This document shows, piece after piece, positions 1 to 9,718 of a stretch of DNA of 64,000 bases. The notes beneath the pieces were generated by a model. The model did not search any database. It saw only the letters and a list, made by a program, of their open reading frames with translations, and was not told the DNA's origin. A program made the position numbers and the translations under genes. The stretch comes from Emcibacter sp. (lineage in GTDB: Bacteria > Pseudomonadota > Alphaproteobacteria > Sphingomonadales > Emcibacteraceae): NCBI RefSeq assembly GCF_963675455.1, contig NZ_OY776217.1, forward strand, positions 2,969,187 to 3,033,186, given 5' to 3'. Positions within the stretch are counted from its first letter, which is position 1. The number at the start of each line of letters is the position of its first letter.

Positions 1-216
1 TGCTTGTAGGCCTCAAATTCTTCCTGCCATTGAACTTCATTCAGGGGCGGAACAATTCCATGCAGCGGGTGCCAGTGCACCATGCTCAGGCCGCTCTCGG
101 TCAGGCGGGTGATTCCCCCCACGACAATCATCAGGAAAATCAGGGCACAGACAGTGAATAACCAGATTGCAATTTGACGGTTATTTTTTTGTCGCTCTTC
201 ATTAATCATGGACATC
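1..216 (-). CDS. ctaA: heme A synthase (CtaA/COX15 family), N-terminal part; gene runs off the left edge
   Basis: Not in the ORF track because it is truncated. Manual reverse translation from ATG at 216 gives MSMINEERQKNNRQIAIWLFTVCALIFLMIVVGGITRLTESGLSMVHWHPLHGIVPPLNEVQWQEEFEAYK. This is the typical TM1 + GGxTRLTxSGLSM + W..EF..YK opening of COX15/CtaA. Confidence 0.7.
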
Positions 217-347
217 CCTTTCCGCCATGTTCCTATCGCATTGAAACCCTGTTTTCAAGACGTTAGAACGGACATCGGCTCGCCGTCTCTGATCATGGTT
301 AATTTTGCATCAAATTTTAACCAAAGATCATAAATCCTTCACCGACC

Positions 348-782
348 ATGGATAACATTTTATCTATGGAAAGGATGACTCCTGATTACAGAAACCTGCG
401 AATTTACAGCAGCCTCTTTCTGCTGACAGGCCTCTTTATATTCTTTCTGTTCCCATACAAAGGTCAATGCCAGGATATCAGTCTGCTGACGCCTCCCCCG
501 GAATCCAGCGATCCCGGTTTCCGGATCATCAGCACCTACAAAGACGGACTGACAGAAAACAGCCCCACAGAACCAATAAAATATTCTTCTTTTTCTGATA
601 GTTACTTTATCAAATTAAAGTATAAAATAAAGAAGGATATATATTTTCTGGTGGGACGGAAAATCAAATATACAGTTGATCCCGGACTCTATGCTCCGCC
701 TGGAAGCTATGAATTTAACCCGGGCCTGACCCTGAACAGGGCGCCTGCCCTCGGCCAGTTCAGCCTGATCATCAGATATTGA
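348..782 (+). CDS. hypothetical exported protein (N-terminal hydrophobic segment, C-terminal ...FSLIIRY)
   Basis: 144-aa ORF with a hydrophobic N-terminal helix (LFLLTGLFIFFLF). It ends in an alternating hydrophobic strand with a terminal aromatic residue, reminiscent of an outer-membrane beta-signal. The middle part is AT-rich. No family recognised. Confidence 0.4.
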   Translation: MDNILSMERMTPDYRNLRIYSSLFLLTGLFIFFLFPYKGQCQDISLLTPPPESSDPGFRIISTYKDGLTENSPTEPIKYSSFSDSYFIKLKYKIKKDIYFLVGRKIKYTVDPGLYAPPGSYEFNPGLTLNRAPALGQFSLIIRY

Positions 783-838
783 CAGCCCGCCCTGATCCCC
801 TTACCTAGATTATCCGAACACTGGTTAGCGGAGCCTCC

Positions 839-1039
839 ATGGACGTCACCACCACCTATAGCCTTCTGGCACTAAGCCTGCTGCTCGTCGTGCTGGCCAA
901 TATCATGGCGCGCCGGCCAAAGCCACTGGGGCGCGCCTGGACCATTCCCTGGAACGGCCTGCAGTTTGTCTTTATTATCGTCGCCATTCTCATGATTCGT
1001 CATCTGGTCACCCTTTACGGCGGAAACGGCTCAGTCTGA
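839..1039 (+). CDS. small hypothetical membrane protein (two predicted TM helices)
   Basis: 66-aa ORF with two hydrophobic stretches (LLALSLLLVVLANIM; LQFVFIIVAILMI). It converges on and overlaps the maeB stop by 9 nt. No family recognised. Confidence 0.4.
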   Translation: MDVTTTYSLLALSLLLVVLANIMARRPKPLGRAWTIPWNGLQFVFIIVAILMIRHLVTLYGGNGSV

Positions 1040-3337
1040 GACGACCGGGGCAACATCCTCCCGGCGCATATTGTTTTTCGCATCAACTGCCGCAATGGCA
1101 GTCATATTGAAAATACCGCGGGCACTGGTCGCCGGTGTGACAATATGGGAGGACTGGGCTGCCCCCAGAAGGATCGGCCCCACCAGCAAACCGTTATCGA
1201 TATTTTTCACCATATCCAGACAGATATTGGCCGCATCCAGATCCGGGAAGATCAGCAGATTGGCCGCGCCCTTGAGACGGCTGTCGGTGATCAGTTCGTT
1301 GCGCAGGTTTTCATCAAGCGCGGCTGCGGCATGCATTTCCCCGTCCACTTCCATGTCGGGGAACTTTTCCCGCAGGATCCGGGCAGCGTGCCTCATTTTG
1401 CGGGCCGACGGCGCCCGCGAAGAGCCGAAGTTGGAATGGGACAGAAGGGCAATTTTCGGTTTGATGCCGAATTGCTCCACCTTGCGGGCGGCGGCAATCG
1501 TGGTTTCAACAATCTGGTCTGCTGTCGGGTCAACACCCATGAAGGCGTCGGCCAGGAACAGGGTCTGGCGCGGCAGAATCAGGGTGCTGAGGGTCGATAT
1601 ATCCTGTGATCCGCAGCGTTTGCCGATCACTTCAATAATATAGCGGATATGGAAGTCGAAACGGCCATAACTGCCGCAGATCATGGCGTCCGCCTCACCC
1701 CTGAGCACGGCCAGGGCGGCAATCACCGTGGTATTTGTGCGCACAATGGTTCTCGCCGCCTCAATGGACACCCCCTTGCGGCCGACCAGGGAATGATAAA
1801 GCTGCCAGTATTCCCGGTAACGCTCATCCTTCTGCGGGTTGATCAGCTCGAAATCCTCTCCGAGCTTCAGGCGAAGACCCATTTTGTCAATACGTTGCGC
1901 CACCACATCCGGTCGGCCAATCAGAATCGGCAGCGCCATTTGCTCGTCAACAACGGCCTGCACGGCGCGGAGAACGGATTCACTTTCGCCTTCCGCATAG
2001 ATGATCCTTTTCTTCAGGCTCTTGGCTTCCTCAAGCAGAGGCTGCAGCAACATATTGGATTTGAAAACAAAGTTGCCCAGTTTCTCCCGATAGGCATCAA
2101 TATCTTCGAGGGGACGGGTCGCAACGCCGGAGTCCATGGCCGCCTTGGCCACAGCCGGGGCAACTTCAAGAATAAGGCGCGGATCGAAAGGCTTGGGAAT
2201 GATATATTCAGGTCCGAACTTCAGCTCTTCGCCCCGGTAGGCATCAGCAACCTGTTCAGAGGTTTCACGATAAGCAAGATCGGCGATGGCCTTCACGCAG
2301 GCGACTTTCATTTCCTCGTTGATGGCGGTCGCCCCCACATCCAGGGCGCCCCGGAACAGGAAGGGGAAGCAAAGCACATTATTGACCTGGTTGGGATAGT
2401 CGGACCGGCCTGTGGCGATCACCGCATCGGGTTTGACCTCCAAAGCATCTTCCGGCAGGATTTCCGGTGTCGGGTTGGCCAGGGCCAGGATAAAGGGACG
2501 ATCAGCCATTTTGGCGACCATATCCTTCTTCAGAATACCCGGCGCACTCAATCCCAGGAAAATATCGGCTCCGGCAATGGCATCATCCAGCGTGCGCATG
2601 TTGGTGTCGACGGCATAACGTTCCTTGTAGGGGTTCATGTCTTTTTCACGGCCCACATAAACCACACCTTCGACATCCACCAGAATGATATTTTCCTTGC
2701 GCAGCCCCATGCTGACCAGCACATCAAGGCAGGCCAGAGACGCAGCCCCGCCGCCGGTGGAGACAAGTTTCACTTCCGACAGCTTCTTGCCGACAACACG
2801 CAGGCCATTATAAATGGCGGCCCCCGCAACAATGGCGGTGCCATGCTGGTCATCGTGAAAGACCGGGATGTTCATTCTTTTTTTGAGGGCTTCCTCGACA
2901 ATGAAACATTCCGGCGCCTTGATATCCTCCAGATTGATGCCGCCGAAAGTGGGCTCAAGCGAGGCCACAATGTCGATCAGTTTTTCCGGGTCACGTTCCT
3001 CAATCTCGATATCGAACACATTGATACCGGCGAATTTCTTGAACAGAACCGCCTTCCCTTCCATCACCGGCTTTGCGGCCAGCGGCCCGATGGCACCAAG
3101 TCCCAGCACAGCCGTGCCGTTGGTCACTACACCGACAAGGTTTCCGCGGATGGTCATGTTGGCCGCTTCGGCGGGATCGGCAACAATGGCCTCACAGGCA
3201 TAAGCCACGCCCGGGGAATAGGCCCGGGCAAGGTCACGCTGGTTGGCCAGTGGCTTGGTCGGCACAATCGCCAGTTTACCGGCTACAGGCTCTGTGTGAT
3301 ATCGAAGGGAAGTTTCTTTGAGTTTATCGTCGGGCAT
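1031..3337 (-). CDS. maeB: NADP-dependent malic enzyme with C-terminal phosphate-acetyltransferase-like domain
   Basis: 768 aa. The N-terminal malic-enzyme domain ([33 protein letters not shown]) is followed by a PTA-like domain, the classic MaeB architecture. Confidence 0.93.
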   Translation of the reverse strand: MPDDKLKETSLRYHTEPVAGKLAIVPTKPLANQRDLARAYSPGVAYACEAIVADPAEAANMTIRGNLVGVVTNGTAVLGLGAIGPLAAKPVMEGKAVLFKKFAGINVFDIEIEERDPEKLIDIVASLEPTFGGINLEDIKAPECFIVEEALKKRMNIPVFHDDQHGTAIVAGAAIYNGLRVVGKKLSEVKLVSTGGGAASLACLDVLVSMGLRKENIILVDVEGVVYVGREKDMNPYKERYAVDTNMRTLDDAIAGADIFLGLSAPGILKKDMVAKMADRPFILALANPTPEILPEDALEVKPDAVIATGRSDYPNQVNNVLCFPFLFRGALDVGATAINEEMKVACVKAIADLAYRETSEQVADAYRGEELKFGPEYIIPKPFDPRLILEVAPAVAKAAMDSGVATRPLEDIDAYREKLGNFVFKSNMLLQPLLEEAKSLKKRIIYAEGESESVLRAVQAVVDEQMALPILIGRPDVVAQRIDKMGLRLKLGEDFELINPQKDERYREYWQLYHSLVGRKGVSIEAARTIVRTNTTVIAALAVLRGEADAMICGSYGRFDFHIRYIIEVIGKRCGSQDISTLSTLILPRQTLFLADAFMGVDPTADQIVETTIAAARKVEQFGIKPKIALLSHSNFGSSRAPSARKMRHAARILREKFPDMEVDGEMHAAAALDENLRNELITDSRLKGAANLLIFPDLDAANICLDMVKNIDNGLLVGPILLGAAQSSHIVTPATSARGIFNMTAIAAVDAKNNMRREDVAPVVSD

Positions 3338-3440
3338 CGTCGTCTGTCCATATCGCGCTGCTTTTTGAGGCAGTCTGTTTTACCATTCCCCTATAAAACA
3401 TATATGGAAGAAAAATGGTACTGTTTCACACGAAATTATC

Positions 3441-3465
3441 AAAAAAAGGGAGGCCAAAGCCTCCC
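3441..3465 (-). terminator. rho-independent terminator downstream of ald
   Basis: Stem gggaggc (3448-3454) / gcctccc (3459-3465) with a 4-nt loop. On the minus strand it is followed by a run of 7 T (3441-3447), 30 nt after the ald stop. Confidence 0.7.
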
Positions 3466-3494
3466 TTTCCCTGTAAACGTTTCAACGCCTGAAC

Positions 3495-4595
3495 TTACAG
3501 CGGTTTGTATTCCTTGCCAAGGTCACGGGCAACCGCTTCATAGGTAATGAAACCACCGGAGACGTTAACACCGTTTTTCAGGTGCGGATCATCAGCAACC
3601 GCCTGCTTCCAGCCTTTGTTGGCCAGCGCCAGACCGAACGGCAGGGTGGCGTTATTCAGGGCAAAGGTGGAGGTCCGGGCAACCGCGCCAGGCATGTTGG
3701 CCACACAATAGTGAACCACACCGTCGACAATGAATGTGGGTTCCGCATGGGTGGTGGCGTGGGAGGTTTCAAAACAGCCGCCCTGGTCGATGGAAATATC
3801 CACCAGCACCGCACCGTCTTTCATTTTCCCGACCATTTCAGCCGACACCAGCTTGGGAGCTGCCGCACCGGCGACCAGAACCGCACCAATCACCAGATCG
3901 GCGTCCAGCACAGCATCTTCCAGATCATGGCCGGTTGAGAAACGGGTTTTCACCGCGCTCTGGAACCGGTTGTCAAGCCGGCGCAACACATCAATGTTGC
4001 GATCAAAGATACTGACATCCGCGCCCATACCCACCGCAATTTCCGCAGCATTCATGCCGGACACGCCACCGCCGATGATGACAACCTTGGCCGGCGCCAC
4101 ACCGGGCACCCCGCCCAGCAGCAGGCCGCGACCGCCTTTTTCCTTTTCCAGGGCATGGGCCCCGGCCTGAATGGACATACGTCCGGCAACTTCACTCATC
4201 GGCGCCAGCAAAGGCAGGCCGCCAGCCTTGTCGGTCACCGTTTCGTAGGCGATGGCGGTACAGCCGGAAGCCATCAGAGCCTCGGTCTGGGCCGGATCCG
4301 GGGCCAGGTGCAGATAGGTAAACAGCAGATGCTTTTCTGTCAGCATGGCGCATTCGTTAAGCTGGGGTTCCTTGACCTTGACGATCATTTCCGCTGTGGC
4401 AAAAACTTCTTCAGCGGTCGCCAGGATTTCCGCGCCGACAGCCCGGTAAGCGTCATCGGTAAAACCGATACCTTCACCTGCACCGGCCTGTACAAAAACC
4501 TGATGGCCGCTACGAATGAATTCCGACGCGCTGGCCGGTGTCAGACCGACGCGGTATTCATGAACCTTGATCTCTTTTGGTACACCGATAATCAT
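3495..4595 (-). CDS. ald: alanine dehydrogenase
   Basis: The track ORF 3495..4889 has a false N-terminal extension. The homologous start is MIIGVPKEIKVHEYRVGLTP at 4595, preceded by GGAG. The GGGVSG Rossmann motif and overall Ald pattern are present. Confidence 0.93.
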   Translation of the reverse strand: MIIGVPKEIKVHEYRVGLTPASASEFIRSGHQVFVQAGAGEGIGFTDDAYRAVGAEILATAEEVFATAEMIVKVKEPQLNECAMLTEKHLLFTYLHLAPDPAQTEALMASGCTAIAYETVTDKAGGLPLLAPMSEVAGRMSIQAGAHALEKEKGGRGLLLGGVPGVAPAKVVIIGGGVSGMNAAEIAVGMGADVSIFDRNIDVLRRLDNRFQSAVKTRFSTGHDLEDAVLDADLVIGAVLVAGAAAPKLVSAEMVGKMKDGAVLVDISIDQGGCFETSHATTHAEPTFIVDGVVHYCVANMPGAVARTSTFALNNATLPFGLALANKGWKQAVADDPHLKNGVNVSGGFITYEAVARDLGKEYKPL

Positions 4596-4712
4596 TTTAA
4601 ATCTCCCTGTCCTGTAGATGGCGCAACAATAGCGCAAATGCCACCGCATGTCCTTGCGAAGTGGATCATGTTTTCCTTGTTTATTCGCAGAATATTGCGT
4701 ACAAATACAATT

Positions 4713-5198
4713 ATGAGAAATAAATTTGATAACACAAAGCTCGACAAGATTGATTTTGCCATCCTTAAGACCCTGCAGGAGGACGGTCGCATCAGCAATG
4801 CGGACCTCGCCGACCGCGTTGGCCTGTCCCAGAGCGCCTGCCTGAGAAGGGTCAGGGCGCTGGAAGAGGAAGGCATTATCATAGGCCATTCCGCCGTCGT
4901 AGACCAGACCGCCGCCGGCTATCCGGATAATGTTTTTGTCCAGATTACGGTGGAAAAGCAGACCAAGGAAAAGCTGGCCGAGTTTGAGAAAAAAGTAAAA
5001 GAATGCCCGCAGATCATGGAATGCTACCTGATGTCAGGGGATGCGGACTATCTGCTCAGGGTAATCGTCTCTGATGCCTCGGATTATGAACGGCTGCATA
5101 TGGATGTGCTGACCGCCCTGCCCGGCGTCAGCCAGATCAAAAGCAACTTTTCCCTGCGCACGGTAACCAAGACTACTGTGGTGCCGTTCCGAAGCTGA
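4713..5198 (+). CDS. Lrp/AsnC family transcriptional regulator, divergent from ald (AldR-type arrangement)
   Basis: It is the in-frame 3' part of track ORF 4155..5198. The sequence MRNKFDNTKLDKIDFAILKTLQEDGRISNADLADRVGLSQSACLRRV is the canonical Lrp HTH, followed by a RAM/AsnC_trans domain. Confidence 0.9.
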   Translation: MRNKFDNTKLDKIDFAILKTLQEDGRISNADLADRVGLSQSACLRRVRALEEEGIIIGHSAVVDQTAAGYPDNVFVQITVEKQTKEKLAEFEKKVKECPQIMECYLMSGDADYLLRVIVSDASDYERLHMDVLTALPGVSQIKSNFSLRTVTKTTVVPFRS

Positions 5199-5202
5199 AG
5201 GT

Positions 5203-5967
5203 TCAGGAGGCGGTAAGTCCGCCGTCAAAAGCCACAGCCTGGCCGGTCATAAAGCTGTTCTCGGCGGAGCAAAGCCACAGCATGCCTTCCACGATCTCAT
5301 TAACTTCGGCAATACGATGCATCGGCACCCCCCGAATAATCTTTTTCACCGCCTCCGGATCACTTTCCAGAAACCGCTGCACCATGGGTGTTCCGGTCAC
5401 ACCCGGGCAGATGGCGTTGACCCGGATGTTGTAACGGGCATTTTCCACCGCCGCGGTCCGGGTGAGCCCCACCACCCCGTGCTTGCTGGCGGCATAGGGG
5501 CCCAGATTGGGTGCGCCGCCAAGACCCGCCACAGAGGCCACATTGAGAATCACTCCCTGCTTGCGCTCGATCATATGCAGCAGCTCATATTTCAGGCAGT
5601 AGAAAACCCCCTTCAGGTTCACATCCATGACATCGCCCCATTCTTCGTCGTCGCACTGGGCAAGCGGCATGTTCGTATGCTCGATCCCGGCATTGTTGAT
5701 GGCCACATCTATGCGCCCCAGCACGCCGATCGTACCCTGGATCATATCCTGCACGTCTGTCTTTTTGCGCACGTCGCATAACCAGTGGGTGACCGTGGCG
5801 CCAAGCGCCTCGGCCTCGCGGACGGTTTTCGTCAACGGGTCCCGCTCTATATCCGACAGGGACAGGTCCGCCCCTGCCCTGGCAAAGGCCATAGCCACCT
5901 CCCGGCCGAAGCCGGAGCCCGCACCAGTGATCAGGACGGATTTTCCTGAATAGTCATAATTGCTCAT
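5203..5967 (-). CDS. SDR family oxidoreductase
   Basis: 254 aa with TGAGSGFG cofactor motif, NNAG, and a YAASK catalytic tetrad. The start overlaps the upstream stop (ATGA at 5964-5967). Confidence 0.9.
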   Translation of the reverse strand: MSNYDYSGKSVLITGAGSGFGREVAMAFARAGADLSLSDIERDPLTKTVREAEALGATVTHWLCDVRKKTDVQDMIQGTIGVLGRIDVAINNAGIEHTNMPLAQCDDEEWGDVMDVNLKGVFYCLKYELLHMIERKQGVILNVASVAGLGGAPNLGPYAASKHGVVGLTRTAAVENARYNIRVNAICPGVTGTPMVQRFLESDPEAVKKIIRGVPMHRIAEVNEIVEGMLWLCSAENSFMTGQAVAFDGGLTAS

Positions 5968-7007
5968 TGGATTTCCTCTCCCCTGTTGATCACGTCAATG
6001 GCGTACCCGGCAATAACCGGTACGATCGCGCCCATCATATGGGCCTTTTCACTGGAGGCATTGCCGTCCAGCGCCCGTTTGTAAACCCCCTGGACAATGG
6101 CCGCGAGCCGGAAGAAGTTAAAGGCCAGATAGAAAGGCCAGCCTTCGATCTTCCCGATCCCCCGCCGGTCGCAATATTGCCGTACATAGTCCGCTTCGGT
6201 CGGCAAACCCCCGGCTGGCCGGTCTGTCTCCCCCAGTCCCTTGATCCCCGGGCTTTCCCGCGGCAGCCGCCACTGCATGCACTGATAGGACAGATCCGCC
6301 AGCGGATGACCCAGGGTGGACAATTCCCAGTCGACCACCGCGATGATCTCCGGCTTTTCCTTGTGAAAAATAAGGTTGTCGAGCCGGTAATCGCCATGGA
6401 TCAGGCTGACACTGCCGTCATCTTCGGGCATATTCTCCGGCAGCCAGGTCATCAGATATTCCATTGCCTCGATCTGAGAAGTGCGGCTGGCCACATATTG
6501 TTTCGACCAGCGCCCGGTCTGGCGCTCGAAATAATTACCGGGGGCGCCATAGTCGGAAAGCCCCACGGCCTCCAGATCCACGTCATGGATCGCCGCCATC
6601 ACCCGGTTCATTTCATCGTAATAAGCCTTCCGCTCCGCCTTCGGCAGTTCCGGCAGCACCGGATCCCAGAAGATGCGCCCATCCTCAAAACTCATGACAT
6701 AGAACCAGCTGCCAATCACATTGTCATCCTGACAGAGATGATAAGGTGTTGCCACAGGCACGTCAGAACCTTGCAGGGCGGAGATGACCCGGAACTCCCG
6801 ATCCACCGCATGGGCAGACTTCAGCAATGTGCCCGGCGGCTTGCGGCGCAGGACGTAGGCACCGCTTTCGGCCTCTATTTTAAAGGTCGGGTTGGACTGG
6901 CCGTCGGAAAATTTGGATGCCGTCAGCGGCCCTTTGAAACCCGGCATATGCTGTTCGAGGTACCCCGCGAGTTTTTCTTCATTCAGGTCGTTCACGGCAG
7001 GGGCCAT
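5964..7007 (-). CDS. phosphotransferase (APH / ACAD10-11 kinase-domain-like) family protein
   Basis: 347 aa with the APH catalytic loop HGDYRLDNLIF and VDWE. It is translationally coupled to both neighbours. Confidence 0.85.
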   Translation of the reverse strand: MAPAVNDLNEEKLAGYLEQHMPGFKGPLTASKFSDGQSNPTFKIEAESGAYVLRRKPPGTLLKSAHAVDREFRVISALQGSDVPVATPYHLCQDDNVIGSWFYVMSFEDGRIFWDPVLPELPKAERKAYYDEMNRVMAAIHDVDLEAVGLSDYGAPGNYFERQTGRWSKQYVASRTSQIEAMEYLMTWLPENMPEDDGSVSLIHGDYRLDNLIFHKEKPEIIAVVDWELSTLGHPLADLSYQCMQWRLPRESPGIKGLGETDRPAGGLPTEADYVRQYCDRRGIGKIEGWPFYLAFNFFRLAAIVQGVYKRALDGNASSEKAHMMGAIVPVIAGYAIDVINRGEEIQ

Positions 7008-8239
7008 CAGCCCTCTCCCCCGGACCGGTATTTGCCCCGGTATTTGCGTAGGAGCTGTTTGGAGAGCGACATCATATGCACCTGGTCCGGCCCGTCGGCA
7101 AGACGCAGGGTACGGGCATAGGCAAAGGCCCGGGGCAGGAAGAAATCCTGGCTGACCCCGCCGCCACCGTGGATCTGGATGGCCCGATCGATGATGGTCT
7201 GCGCCATCTGGGGAGCCACCACCTTGATCATGGCGATCAGGTCACGAGCCACCTTGTTGCCGTAGCGGTCCATATGGTCCGCCGCTTTCAGGGTCAGCAG
7301 CCGGGCCTGCTCGATCTCGCATTCACAGCGGGCAATGTCCTCGCGCACGCTTCCTTGCGCACTGAGCGGTTTGCCAAAGGCCACACGGCTGTCGGCACGG
7401 GCGCACATTTCCTCAAGCGCCCGCTGGGCCACGCCAATCAGGCGCATGCAATGATGGATGCGGCCCGGGCCGAGCCGTCCCTGCGCAATCTCGAACCCCC
7501 GTCCCTCGCCCAGCAACAGGTTGCTGGCCGGGACCCTGACATTTTCAAACAACATCTCCGCATGGCCGTGCGGCGCGTCGTCATCACCAAAGACTTTCAA
7601 AGGCCGCACCCGGGTCACGCCGGGCGTATCCATCGGCACCAGGATCATCGACTGCTGATGATGAATGTCGGCCTGCGGGTCGGTTTTGCCCATAACAATC
7701 AGGATTTTGCAGCGCGGATCCATGGCGCCGCTGGTCCACCATTTGCGACCATTGATGACATAGTCATCCCCGTCGCGCTCGATCCGGCACTGGATATTGG
7801 TGGCATCGCTTGAGGCCACCTCCGGCTCGGTCATGGCAAAGGCGGACCGGATGGTTCCGTCCAGCAACGGCTCCAGCCATTGTTTTTTATGCTCCTCAGA
7901 ACCATAGCGGACGATCACCTCCATATTGCCGGTGTCCGGGGCCTGGCAGTTGAAGGCCTCCGGCCCGATCAGGCTCCGGCCCATGATTTCCGCCAGCGGC
8001 GCATATTCAAGGTTGGTCAGGCCGGCGCCGTAATCGCTTTCCGGCAGGAACAGGTTCCACAACCCGACGGCTTTGGCCTTCTCTTTAAGTTCCTCCATCA
8101 CCGTCGGGATGGACCAGCGTTGGGCCTCCGGCTCGATATGGGCGAAATAGCTTTCCTCCGCCGGATAGACATGCTCTTCCATAAAGGCAATCAGCTTGCC
8201 CCGAAGATCCTTCACCTTGTCGCTATAGTCAAAATCCAT
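7007..8239 (-). CDS. acyl-CoA dehydrogenase family protein (ACAD10/11 / FadE2-like)
   Basis: Track ORF 7007..8521 trimmed to [19 protein letters not shown] at 8239. [12 protein letters not shown] and [11 protein letters not shown]...[11 protein letters not shown] are typical of this ACAD clade. Confidence 0.9.
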   Translation of the reverse strand: MDFDYSDKVKDLRGKLIAFMEEHVYPAEESYFAHIEPEAQRWSIPTVMEELKEKAKAVGLWNLFLPESDYGAGLTNLEYAPLAEIMGRSLIGPEAFNCQAPDTGNMEVIVRYGSEEHKKQWLEPLLDGTIRSAFAMTEPEVASSDATNIQCRIERDGDDYVINGRKWWTSGAMDPRCKILIVMGKTDPQADIHHQQSMILVPMDTPGVTRVRPLKVFGDDDAPHGHAEMLFENVRVPASNLLLGEGRGFEIAQGRLGPGRIHHCMRLIGVAQRALEEMCARADSRVAFGKPLSAQGSVREDIARCECEIEQARLLTLKAADHMDRYGNKVARDLIAMIKVVAPQMAQTIIDRAIQIHGGGGVSQDFFLPRAFAYARTLRLADGPDQVHMMSLSKQLLRKYRGKYRSGGEG

Positions 8240-8407
8240 GACCGTTCCCTTTCTCCCAGACGCCTGCCGGAAAGGATAACACCGGGCCGGCAAATTTTCA
8301 AACGGTCGTTCGAGATAAAGTATCTGACAGATATATTGATTGATCAGGCCTTGAATCTTTACGGCAAGCAGGTACAAGAAGGGGGATAACAGAAGGAACC
8401 AAGACTT

Positions 8408-8785
8408 ATGTTCGGCCTGACCAAATCCCAGATGACCGTGATCGGCTTCGTGCTGTTCTTCCTCGCCGTGACCTTCGGCGGGGAGCTCTATAACAACTGG
8501 CTTTACGAGAAAGAGCAGCATCTGCCCCGGCTGGTCATGCGAATTGTACAGACGGACGGCGAGGAATTTTTCGTCAGCATCACCCAGAAGCAGTATAAGG
8601 AAGGCGTGACCGACCTGATGCCGGTGGTGGACAGCCTCTATCCGGACCGGGACGGATTAGCGATGTCGGAAACCGTCGACTGCCTGGAGTTCCGGCAGAG
8701 GATGAAAGAGACCCTGTCGGTAGCGGGCAAAGCGGAACTGAAGTCCGGCTGGGAATATGACGCCTGTTATCCGGAGCGGAAGTGA
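8408..8785 (+). CDS. hypothetical membrane-anchored protein (called orfX here)
   Basis: 125 aa with an N-terminal TM ([15 protein letters not shown]). The C-terminal 50 codons are repeated in diverged form at 9569-9718. Confidence 0.5.
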   Translation: MFGLTKSQMTVIGFVLFFLAVTFGGELYNNWLYEKEQHLPRLVMRIVQTDGEEFFVSITQKQYKEGVTDLMPVVDSLYPDRDGLAMSETVDCLEFRQRMKETLSVAGKAELKSGWEYDACYPERK

Positions 8786-8931
8786 GGACAAAAGAGCCCG
8801 GAATGCCCAAGCTTTAGACCGTGAAATAAACTCCAGACTATCATTTGATCTGTTACAAGCCTATATTAGCTGAGGTGATTAAATCCCGAACTTAAGGCCA
8901 GTTTTATGCTCGCCAGGATTCGCGTAACGGT

Positions 8932-9444
8932 ATGACCAGAAATAACAGTTTCAAAATATGGGATATGACCAGCCAGGCCGATTTTGATGCAGCTGACCTT
9001 AAGCCGGACATGCATCGCCTTCTGCTCGACCACTGGCTGACCTCCAGAACAGACGGCAGCATTCCTCCCAAAACAGCTCTCGATCCCCTCAGGCTCAGGT
9101 CCATCCTCCGCAACCTGCTGATGGTGGAAGTCCATGCCCCGCCCACAAGGTTTTTAGTCCGGCTTGCCGGCACTGAAATTGACGATCTCATGGGCAAAAG
9201 CAGTTCGGGATACTGGCTAGATGAATTTCCCAATACCGAGCCGATTATCGAGCGCTTTAACTGGATTCTGAAAAATAAGCGGCCCTATTACGCCATTGGC
9301 CGCCATTACTGGCCGGAAGGACATTTCAAGGAGTATAACACCCTTACCGTTCCCTATTCACGGAACGGGACTGACGTGGATTATATTGTCTCTTCCTGTA
9401 ACTTTTACTGGAAATCTCTTTTCGCAGATAAAAGTCCGGAGTGA
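8932..9444 (+). CDS. stand-alone PAS domain protein (PAS_5 / PF07310-like)
   Basis: 170 aa. LLLDHWLTSRTDGSIPPKTALDPLRLRSILRNLLMVEV...RFLVRLAGTEIDDLMG matches my memory of the alphaproteobacterial PAS_5 family. Confidence 0.7.
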   Translation: MTRNNSFKIWDMTSQADFDAADLKPDMHRLLLDHWLTSRTDGSIPPKTALDPLRLRSILRNLLMVEVHAPPTRFLVRLAGTEIDDLMGKSSSGYWLDEFPNTEPIIERFNWILKNKRPYYAIGRHYWPEGHFKEYNTLTVPYSRNGTDVDYIVSSCNFYWKSLFADKSPE

Positions 9445-9454
9445 AAATAGCGTT

Positions 9455-9568
9455 CTAACCTTCCTCACACCCGCTCAAAAACCCCTTCAACAACCTGTTG
9501 AACTCGGGCCGCTCCGTCTCTGTCAGCCCCTTGACCAGATTCTGCTGGCTGGTCACATGGTCGAGAAA
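9455..9568 (-). pseudogene. 3'-terminal relic of a marR paralogue
   Basis: Reverse translation gives ...LDHVTSQQNLVKGLTETERPEFNRLLKGFLSGCEEG*. This aligns with the C-terminus of the intact MarR at 10501..11022 (VLQDHVITQQELVAGLSEKERVELNELLKVFLSG). The nucleotide similarity to 10533-10650 is obvious by eye. There is no N-terminal part or start codon. Confidence 0.6.
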
Positions 9569-9718
9569 CTTTACCCCGACCGCGAGGTCCTGGCGATGTC
9601 GGAAACCGTCGACTGTCTGGAGTTCCGCACCCGGCTGAAAGAGATCATGTCGGTGGAGCGGAAAAAAGAACTGAAGTCAGGCTGGGAATATGAGGCCTGT
9701 TATCCGGAGCGAAAATGA
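9569..9718 (+). pseudogene. 3'-terminal relic of an orfX paralogue (diverged copy of 8636-8785)
   Basis: [49 protein letters not shown] compares with [49 protein letters not shown] in orfX. It has no start of its own. Track ORF 9296..9718 is a chimera reading through the marR relic in antisense. Confidence 0.6.

Noticed and set aside
1649-3547. 632-aa ORF on the plus strand, the longest of several long ORFs overlapping maeB.
   Set aside because: It lies entirely antisense to a gene with unambiguous MaeB homology. Its translation is Gly/Arg/His-rich low-complexity sequence with no recognisable motif, which is the typical shadow ORF of a GC-biased gene. The same reasoning applies to 1071..1643, 1145..1609 and similar ORFs.
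3495-4889. Long N-terminal extensions in several track ORFs: ald 464 aa, ACAD 504 aa (7007..8521), glyA 456 aa (26769..28139), tolC (54511..55938), queC (59703..60548), queF (61831..62352), cysK-like (62817..63875), and the Lrp gene inside 4155..5198.
   Set aside because: Homology begins at internal ATGs that have proper RBS spacing. The extensions run into promoter regions or neighbouring genes. I trimmed them rather than treating them as novel domains.
9296-9718. 140-aa ORF that looks like a paralogue of orfX.
   Set aside because: Only its last 50 codons are orfX-like. The preceding part reads the 3' end of the PAS_5 gene out of frame and the marR relic in antisense. I interpreted it as a chimera of two gene relics, not a gene.
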